This document shows positions 50,231-64,000 of a DNA stretch of 64,000 bases, one piece after another. Both the position numbers and the translations under genes were made by a program. Location of the stretch: assembly GCF_009914755.1 (NCBI RefSeq), contig NC_060943.1. One strand, 5' to 3'. Source of the DNA: the human T2T-CHM13v2.0 reference genome, Homo sapiens. The notes beneath the pieces were generated by a model that worked only from the letters and a program-made list of their open reading frames with translations, made no database searches and was not told where the DNA came from. How positions within the stretch are numbered: position 1 is the first letter of the stretch; the number at the start of each line of letters is the position of its first letter.

Positions 50231-51819
50231 TACAGCCCAAGGAGCAGAGGACCCTTTGGGGAAACAGTCTAGCCAGGGGTCGAACCTCCCAGACTCACAT
50301 CTGCCCCAGGTCCCTATCTGTGCTCTCTGCTCCCCTCTCCCCCACCCCCACTGTCCACAAATCCCTTGGGCCCGTCCCCTCTCTCGCTGGGCCTCAGAGT
50401 CCCCCTTTCCCCTTCATACAGCAGGGGTGGATGGGCACCCCCTTTCTCTCCAAGAGCAGGGTGTCCCCTCCTGCCCCTCCCCGTGTGGCCACCTCAGTGA
50501 TGGTCCTGCTGTCCTAGGTCCCACTGGCAGGCGGCACATCCTATACCATGTCCAAGTCCTGGACCCCCTCCTTCCAGTGTGGAACCCCCTTCCCCCAGCT
50601 ACCAACTGCCCTTCTTCTAAAATTCCAGTGCTGACCACACCCCCTCCTGCCCGGAATCCTCGGGGCTCCCTGTTTATTTTACATTTTATTTTTATGTTTT
50701 GAGACCAGAGTTTTGCTCTGTTGCCCAGGCAGGAATTTAGTGGTGCAGTCACAGCTCACTGCAGCTTCAGACTCCTGGAGAGTAGCTGGGACTACAGGTG
50801 CAAGCCCGCACCCAGCTAATTTTTATATATTTTTTTTTAGAAACGGAGTCGCACTGTGTTGCCCAGGCTGGTCTTGAACACTGGGCTCAAATGATCCTCC
50901 CTCCTCAGCCTCCCAAAGTGCTGGGATTACAGGTGTGAGCCACCACATCCAGCCAGGGCTTCCCGTTTATTGAGACCAAATCTAAACTCTGGCTTTGATG
51001 GCAGAGACCTCAGCCTAGTTCCTCCAACACCCTGTTCTTACTCCACTGCCTGCTTCTGCCTAATCTCTGTCTTCCTCTACCTGCCTCCTTTGCCAGTCCA
51101 ACTCCTGATCCTTCCAGGAAACTCAAGGGAAGCTTCTCTTGCCCCCTCCCTGCCCCTAGGGATGTGGGTCCTCTGGGGGCTTCTCAGCCCTGTCAACAGC
51201 CTTTGGACCCAACACTGATCACCCAGGCAGCACCAAGCCCTGGGCTGGGCAATGAGGACCCTGGGACATACAGGACCTGCTGCCACTGAGCACACAACCC
51301 AGAGGGGACGTAACTGATGATGGTGTGTTGGTGTGTGTGTGTGCGTGCACGCGCGCAGGGGCCGGAGTAGATTGAGTAGCCGTCTCTCCTGCCTGGAGAA
51401 GAGGAGGAGCTGCCTGCCTCCAAGCTCAGACCAGGCCAACCCCAAACAGGCTGCTAAACTCACATGGAGGTGCAAAAATCTAGCACCAAGAAGCAGCATC
51501 TGATCTCACCCTCATCATCGAAGTTTGCCCCATGCCACCCCTCCGGGCCCCTCCAGGCCAACTCTGACTCCTACCTAAGCCAACCTCCACTCCTCAGCCT
51601 CCAGGCCAGCCTTTGAGCCCTCCGCCTCCCCCTTGACCATTGGGCTCTGGCCACATTTGCTCCTGAGATACATCAGACCCCCACCCACCACCACCATCTT
51701 GGGCCAAGGTGCCAGCTGTCCCCTCTGCCTGGGATGCACTTCCCCGTGGCATCACAAGACCGGCTGCTCTCCTCCACCTTCAGGGTTAGCCCGGAGGTGC
51801 CTTCCCTGCCTGCCTGGTT

Positions 51820-53740
<1,921 letters not shown>

Positions 53741-53951
53741 GCATGGCCCGGTCATCCAGTTTGACTGCATGGTACACAAAACACAGAGCATGGTCTTATT
53801 ATTCCATACACATCTGCTTCCTGTCTGTCTTCTTTGGGATGTGAGCCCCCCGTTTGCTGCTGGCCGCAGCCCCTGGCTCAAAGTGGGCACACCTCACACA
53901 GATTACTGCCTCATCAGCACACGGGAGAAGGCTCGCTGCTTAGAAGAGTCA

Positions 53952-54923
<972 letters not shown>

Positions 54924-55239
54924 TATTAAAAATATGGCTGGGCGAGGTGGCTCAAGCCTGTAATCCCAGCACTTGGGGAGGCCAAAGAGGGCAGATCACT
55001 TGAGACCAGGAGTTCGAGACCAGTCTGACCAAGATAGTGAAACCCCATCTCTCCTAAAAATACAAGAAATTAGCCAGGGGTGGTGGTGCATGCCTGTAAT
55101 CTCAACTACTTGGGAAGTTGAGGCAAGGGAATCACTTGAACCCAGGAGGCAGAAGTTGCAGTGAACTGAGATCATGCCACTGCACTCCAGTCCGAACGAC
55201 AGAGTGAGACTGTCTCAAATAAAATAAATAAATAAATAA

Positions 55240-55420
55240 ATAGCAAAGGCGCTGAAAGTACTCAAAACTCATCACTTCGTCTTCATTTTACTACATTTTA
55301 CAATTCTCTGTACTCTTGAGGTTATGCATGGTGAAAATACTCCATAATAACACAGATCTCTTCCTAACTCTATGTTTAGTCACTTCACGCCAGTAGGTTG
55401 AAATTACCCATGGGCGGAGT
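55240..55420. mobile_element. MER63-like hAT fragment
   Basis: actcaaaactcatcacttc...attttactacatttt...ctcttgaggttat. Confidence 0.55.
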
Positions 55421-55812
55421 ACAGTCACTTCCACTTTATCACTTGTTTTGAAAGCACAAATGTGTTCCGACATGATGGATGCATTAGGAATGATTTGAGC
55501 ATAAAATCAAATATTGTGTTCACTTATGTAAGATTTTTGTCTGCAAGAAACATTGGGTATGAATGCAGAAAACTGCACCTGGCTGACCCCAGCCACGTAG
55601 GAATACACAAAAACCACACCTGCACCCTCTCCAGCATCTCTGTGCTCCCTCAGTGCCTTGCTGTGTGCCAGGAGCCACATCTGTCCCTGTCTGAGGTTAC
55701 AATATCCCGCCTGATTTCAGATGATCTCCTCCCAGACCTTCACAGTAACTCACAGGCTGCCACCTCCCCATGCCCAGGTCCACAAATGAGCCTTCAGTCT
55801 TTCCAAGGCTGA

Positions 55813-56031
<219 letters not shown>

Positions 56032-56487
56032 TAGTAGAGACAGGGTTTTGCCATCTCACTCAGGCTAGTCTCCAACTTCTGGACTCAAGCGACCCACCCG
56101 CCTTGGCCTCCCAAAGTGCTGGGATTATACAGGCGTGAGGCATCGCGCCCGGCCATATTCTTGAAATTCTTAACCATTTGACATTTGTACAATGTCACTA
56201 CCATTTTTAGTAGGTGCCTATTTTTTTTTTAGGTGTCATTGGTGACATTTGGATGGTTGTGCCCTGACCCGTTTTCCCATGAGCCCTGTGGTTTGATTGT
56301 GTGAATTTGCAGCGTGAGGTCATTTTTAGGAATGGCCCTGTTGTGTGAGGGCGGAACTGGCTGCATTAGCCCCATGGTAAGTGGTTGTCAAACATCTCCA
56401 AACATGCCTAGGATGAGCAGCTTTGCAGTTTGGATGGGGGACGAGGAAGACCGCAAAGACTGTCCTGTTGTCAATGGGCGTTTTTCT

Positions 56488-56814
56488 TTTTTTTTCTTTT
56501 CTTTTTTTTTTTTTTTTTGAGATGGAGTCTCACCCTGTTGCCCAAGCTGGAGTGCAGTGGCGCGATCTCGGCTCACTGCCAACCTCTGCCACCCGGGTTC
56601 AAGTGATTCTCGTGCCTCAGCCTCCCGAGTAGCTGGGATTACAGGCACATGCCACCACGCCCAGCTAATCCAGCTAATTTTTTTGTTTTTTTTTAGTAGA
56701 GATGGGGTTCCACCATGTTGGCCAGGCTGTTCTTGAACTCCTGACCTCGAGTGATCTGCCCATCTCGGCCTCCCAAAGTGCTGGGATTACAGGCATGAGC
56801 CACTGCGCCTGGCC
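56488..56814 (-). mobile_element. AluS with 16-bp TSD
   Basis: TSD caatgggcgtttttct at 56472-56487 and 56815-56830. Confidence 0.9.
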
Positions 56815-56924
56815 CAATGGGCGTTTTTCTCCCACTTAGCCAGCATGTGCCTGTGCCTGCCAGGTGCCCAGGAGATTGGATGTCAGGACTGAAGACAGAC
56901 AGACAGCCTGATGGCCTGCAGTGA

Positions 56925-57646
<722 letters not shown>

Positions 57647-58321
57647 TACATCTGTTTAGAAAAACAAAAATGTACACTGAAGCACAAAAATTGGGCCAGG
57701 CACAGTGGCTCACACCTATAATCTCAGCACCTTGGGAGGTCGAAGTGGGAGGATCACTTGAGGTCAGGAGTTCAAGACCAGCCTGGGTATTATAGTGAGA
57801 CTTCATCTCTACAAAAAATTAAAAAATTTGGCCAGATGCGGTGGCTCACCCTTGCAATCCTAGCACTTTGGGAGGCCAAGACAGGCAGATCACTTGAGGT
57901 CAGGAGTTCGAGATCAGCCTGGCCAACTTGGCGAAATCCCATCTCTACCAAAAATACAAAAATTACCCGGGTTGGTGGCAGGAGCCTGTAATCCCAGCTA
58001 CTTGGGAGGCTGAGGCAGGAGAATCTCTTGAACCTAGGAGGCGGGGTTGCAGTGAGTCAAGATCGCGCCACTGCACTCCAGCCTGGGTGAGAGACTCCAT
58101 CTCGAAAAAAAAGAAAAAGAAAAGAAAAATTAGCTGTGTGTGGTGGCTGAGTGGCCTCCAAAGGTGGCTTTTAGGGGGACATCTGGGATCTGCCCCAGCA
58201 AGTCCCAGCTATTCAAGAGGCTGAGGCAGGAGGATTGCTTGAGCCTAGGATTTGAAGCTGCAGTGAGCTATGATTGCACCACTACACTCCAGCCTGGATG
58301 ACAGAGCAAGACTCTGTCTTA

Positions 58322-58624
<303 letters not shown>

Positions 58625-59144
58625 TCAGAAAAAAAAAAAAAAAGGATGGGGCAGGATAACAGGATGCAGGCCTGGGACTTTCCATGGAGGAAGAGGCCTC
58701 AGAAAGGTCTATGTCTGGGACAAGGCGACCTGAAGTGCCCTTGGGCTTAACCTCTTGGACTCAGCCCTCTCTGGGGTTTGGAGATGCCAGCTGCCCCAAA
58801 AACCGCTCCGAGCACAAGCAATGTGCCACACAGCCCTGTGGCAGGAAGGAGCTCGTGCCCGCTCCAAGTAGCACCAAGCGTGGAGGAAGGCAAAGGAGAC
58901 TCGGGCTGCCACAGGCCCTCTCTGGGTGTGGGGACCAGAGATCAAGCCAGGTTCCCATTCTTGCCCTGTGAATCCTGCACTGTGTCCTCAGGGCGGGGAG
59001 TGTACGCAGGCCATCGGGGGACAGCACAGGGCAGTTGGTCCCCAGCCGGTGGGGACCAGTGTGTAGGCTCTAGGGTCAGCCTCAGGGTGGCCTTGGGGAT
59101 GTGCAGCTCCTTGGAGAAGATGAACTCACAGCTGGTCCAAGCTC

Positions 59145-59159
59145 TGACGTCACTTCCGG
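59145..59159 (-). promoter_or_regulatory. Overlapping ETS-CRE composite motif
   Basis: TGACGTCACTTCCGG, which is CCGGAAGTGACGTCA on the minus strand; GC box GGGCGGGG at 58991. Confidence 0.65.
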
Positions 59160-59520
59160 GAGGAAGCTTCAGCCTCATAACTCCAGAACCACTTCCCTAA
59201 AATCCGAGTTTGCCGAGTTTTTGCTTCAACCATCTTGAGTAGCTTTGTCCTGCCTGGACCCTGAGTCTGAGCAAAGATAATGCCCTGTGATCATCCAGCC
59301 CCAGACAGCCTTGAGGCACCACCGCAGCCCCACTGTTCCTGGGGCATGCCCTAGATGTCCCCTGAAGGCTGCCCTCGGAGGTCAGTCAGTGATCCGCCCT
59401 CTGCACCAAGAGGGCTTCTTCCCATCTTTCTGGCTCCTTCTGGCAGCTTCACCATGGTGAAGCCCCTTCTGGGGTGCTCCTTCAGCTGGGTGACTGTGCC
59501 TCCAAATGCATGCTTGTGAA

Positions 59521-60241
59521 GTCTGCACCTGCCCAGCTCACCTGGGGTCTGTCTGCACCTGCCCAGATCACCTGGGGAGCCATGTCTCTGTCCACCTTAC
59601 CTGGAGGCTGTCTCTACCTGAGCTCCTCATCTGGGGGCTGTCCACAACTGCCCACCTCACGCGGGAGCTGTTCACACCTGCCCACCTCACCTGGGGTCTG
59701 TCCATACTTGTCCATCTCACCTGGGGGCTGTCCATACCTGCCCACCTCACCTGGTAGCTGTGTCCATACCTGCCCACCTCACCTGGGGGCTGTTCATACC
59801 TGCCCATCTCACCTGGCGGCTGTCCACACTTACCCATCTCACCTGGGGACTGGGTCCCTACCTGCCCATCTTACCTGGGGGCTGGCCACACCCGCCCACC
59901 TCACCTAGGGTCCATGTACCCACCCACCTCACCTAGGGACTGTCTACACCCGCCCACCTCACCTAGGGACGGTCTACACCCACCCACCTCACCTAGGGAC
60001 TACACCCACCCACCTCACCTAGGTCCATGCACCCACCCACCTCACCTGGAGGGCCATGTCTCTACCCACCTCATTTGGAGGCTGTCTACACCAGTCCCTG
60101 TTGCCTGGGGGCTATGTACACCTCCCCATCCCACCTGAGGACTATGCACCCATCCACCTCACCTAGGATTTACCCACACCCACCTGGGGGCCATGTCTCC
60201 ACCCACCTCACCTGGGAGCTAACTACACTCGCTCACCTCAC
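59521..60241 (+). repeat. ~30-bp minisatellite, left arm (degenerate)
   Basis: Repeats of cacctgcccacctcacctgggggctgtc-like units. Confidence 0.9.
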
Positions 60242-60549
60242 TGTGTCCCTACAGGGTGAGCACAGGCGGAGGGCAGGGAGTGGGGCAGGAGTGTCAGGGA
60301 GCAGGGCAGGGGTGTGTGCGTCTGTCCGGGAAGAAGGGTGGAGATGCTGCCTGCAGCCCTTTTTACCTGCACCTGAGCCCTCAGTGCAGCTCTGCATCAG
60401 ACACTCCCAGGGCCCGGGGTCTGGTGACCGGCACCATCTCCTGTCTCTTAGGTGGCATCTCTGCCCAACCATTCCTTCTTAGAGGCTCCTGTGACATGAG
60501 AGCAGGAATGGGGCCTGGGACGGCACTGGAATAAGAAAACCGAGGCCCT

Positions 60550-60960
<411 letters not shown>

Positions 60961-61324
60961 ACAAAACTGAGGCCCAGACACGATTCAGCCCCAGTAGGCA
61001 CCCTGGCAAGCTCTGCCTTCTGGGCAAGCAGGCTGGAAATAAAAGCACCACAGTGAACACCCTGGCCCGCCTCGGCTCCGCCAGCAGCATCTGTCCTGGA
61101 GAAGACGCCAGCTCAGTACCAGAAATGTTCCGGACACAACCTGGACCGGGCAGAAGCTGAGGAGCCACCAGGCTGCCAGCAGTTCCAAGCACATGCTAGG
61201 GGCTGCGGAGGGGGCTCGCCACCCTCTAACTCCCTGGGGGTGGCCTCGTCCAGCCCCGCAGGAGGCCTCTGTCTATTGGAGCTAAGCCTGGAGACGGCCA
61301 CTCCGGCCAATGGCCTGTCCAACC

Positions 61325-62141
61325 CAGGTGTAGACAGCCCCTGAGTGAGGCAAGCAGGCACATGGCCCCCCAGGTGAGCTGAGTGGGTACATGGCCTGCC
61401 GAGGTGAGGTAGGCAGGTATAGGTAACCCCCAAATGAAGTAGACAACCCCCAAGATGAAGTGAACAGGTGTAGACAGCCCCTGGTAGACAGGGGCATGGT
61501 CCTCCAGATAAGACGGGTAGGTGCATGGCCTCCTAGACGACATAGGTGGTAGACAGCCCCCAGGTGAGGGGGACAGGCATAAATAGCCCCCAAGTGAAGT
61601 GGACAGGCATAGAAAACCCCCAGGTGAGGTGGACATGTGTAGAAATCCCCCAGGTGAGGCGGACAGGCGTAGAAATCCCCCAGGTGAGTTGGACAGGCGT
61701 GGAAATCTCCCAGGTGAGGTGGACAGGTGTAGAAAGCCCACAGGTGAGGTGGACAGACGTAGAAAGCCCACAGGTGAGGTGGGCAGGCCTAGAAAGCCCC
61801 CAGGTGAGGCAGACAGGTGTAGAAATCCCCCAGGTGAGATGGACAGATGTAGAAATCCCCCAGGTGAGATGGACAGATGTAGAAATCCCCCAGGTGAGAT
61901 GGACAGATGTAGAAATCCCCCAGGTAAGATGGACAGACGTAGAAAGCCCAAAGCTGAGGTGGACAGGTGTAGAAATCCCCCAGCTGAGGCTGACAGGTGT
62001 AGAAATCCTACAGGTGAGGCAGACATGTGTAGAAATCCCCCAGGTGAGGAGGACAGTTGTAGAAATCCCCCAAGTGAGGTGGACAGGCATAGAAATCCCC
62101 CAGGTGAGGTAGACAGGGACATAGCCCCCAGGTGAGGTGAC
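61325..62141 (-). repeat. 30-bp minisatellite, right arm (inverted relative to the left arm)
   Basis: caggtgaggtggacaggtgtagaaatcccc units with a strict 30-bp period from 61561 to 62100 (18 units). Confidence 0.93.
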
Positions 62142-62749
62142 CACTTCCTTCCCTTCCTTCCTCCCATCACCAAATGTCCACAGACACCGCCCCCACCCAG
62201 GCCAGCATACCAGGTGCTGGAGACTGGCCCAGCTCTCAGTGGCTCCTAATATTTTGGCAGATCAGTTCCAAACAGGTGCATTCTAGAAACTCTGACAGCA
62301 GGGCTCACCCCACAGGGCACCGGTGAGGATGGGAACCCAGGAATGTAAGGCCAGCCCTGAGCCTGGACCTAGTCAATGTTCCATAAACGGCAGCCTAGGG
62401 ACACTGGGACCAGGCAGCCCAGGAGTGGGAGGGAGGAGTTGGCTCCTGCTGGATCATGGTGGTGGGGCAGGGGTGGGGGATCGGGGGGGTGTTGCAGGAG
62501 GAGACGTTTGTTTCATCACTTGTTCATGCAAACCTTCTGAGGCACCCTCGCCATTCAGCTCCCCAGGCCCCCATCCAGCCCACAGCCTCTGCCATCCCTG
62601 CCCTACCCTGGGACTTGGACTCTCATTGCCCTGTGAGCCCGGCTGGCTCATTCCCGCTTCCCAGCCAGCAGCCCCTCACCTGCCAGGGCTCCAATAAGCT
62701 TTGGCTCTGGAGGGCACCCACACTGCCCCTCCTCCAGCCATCTTTTTTT

Positions 62750-63517
<768 letters not shown>

Positions 63518-64000
63518 TGATCTGCACATCTCGGCCTCCCAAAGTGCTGGGATTACAGGCGTGAGCCACCGCACCTGGCCCACCCAGCTAATTTTTATAT
63601 TTTTTGTAAAGCAGGGTCTAGCTATGTTGCCCAGGCTGGCCTCAAACTCCAGGGCTCAAGCGATCCTCCCTCCTGAGCCTCCCCAAGTACCAGGATTACA
63701 GGCATGAGCCACTGCACCCAGCCTTATTTGGTTTTTGTATGGGTCTGCTTTATTTTTCTGGTATTGGTCTTAAGTTCTCCAATTTATCTCCTCCCGTTCC
63801 CCCTTCATTTCTTTCCAATCAAGCTGTTTCTCTCCCTCCCCGTCACTCCCCTGAAACTGATTTCATCAATGTTACCAATGATAGACAATTTCCTTAATTG
63901 AATGTTCTATTTGTGTGCTTGTTTTATTTGATTTACAAGAAGCATTGGACACAGCTCTCTTTTTCTTTCTTTTCTTTTCTTTTCTTTCTTTGAGACGGAA

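Noticed and set aside
49264-50702. Plus-strand Pro/Arg-rich ORFs (310, 202, 334 aa)
   Set aside because: Expected from stop-codon scarcity in a CpG island; no recognisable domain
59342-59361. Possible p53 response element
   Set aside because: Only one good half-site (GGGCATGCCC); the neighbouring decamer does not fit RRRCWWGYYY
61561-62100. CRISPR-like 30-bp periodic array
   Set aside because: Units are contiguous with no unique spacers, there are no cas genes, and the context is mammalian
61226-62173. Several long ORFs with 10-aa repeats (315, 203, 188, 178 aa)
   Set aside because: A 30-bp unit that lacks stops in several frames on both strands explains them; variation does not favour one frame

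Overview
Human/primate genomic DNA, GC-rich and very Alu-dense. It holds the 5' part of CPAMD8 (C3 and PZP-like alpha-2-macroglobulin domain-containing 8; A2M/complement thioester-protein family) on the minus strand. I traced 15 coding exons by hand, from the signal-peptide ATG at 49558 down to 279. All introns are GT-AG and phase-compatible, giving 1758 nt or 586 codons; the gene continues beyond position 1. Two microexons (23 nt and 18 nt) are included. A CpG-island promoter lies at about 49300-50230, followed by about 14 kb of upstream intergenic DNA. The rest is about 80 Alu copies or fragments (counted by eye), plus L1, MIR, THE1/MER21/MER74/LTR16-type LTRs, MER1A/MER20/Tigger DNA transposons and simple repeats. 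Nearly all non-CPAMD8 ORFs in the track are repeat artefacts. I see no firm evidence of a wholly new system. The best leads are: (1) a ~2.6 kb degenerate palindrome upstream of the gene, made of two inverted, colinear 30-bp E-box-rich minisatellite arms, next to a perfect ETS-CRE motif; (2) a candidate alternative terminal exon in intron 13 giving a ~503-aa truncated isoform with a hydrophobic tail; (3) a perfect five-unit heat-shock element in intron 2; (4) complementary long microsatellites flanking exon 14. Repeat family names come from recalled consensus sequences and repeat boundaries are approximate.
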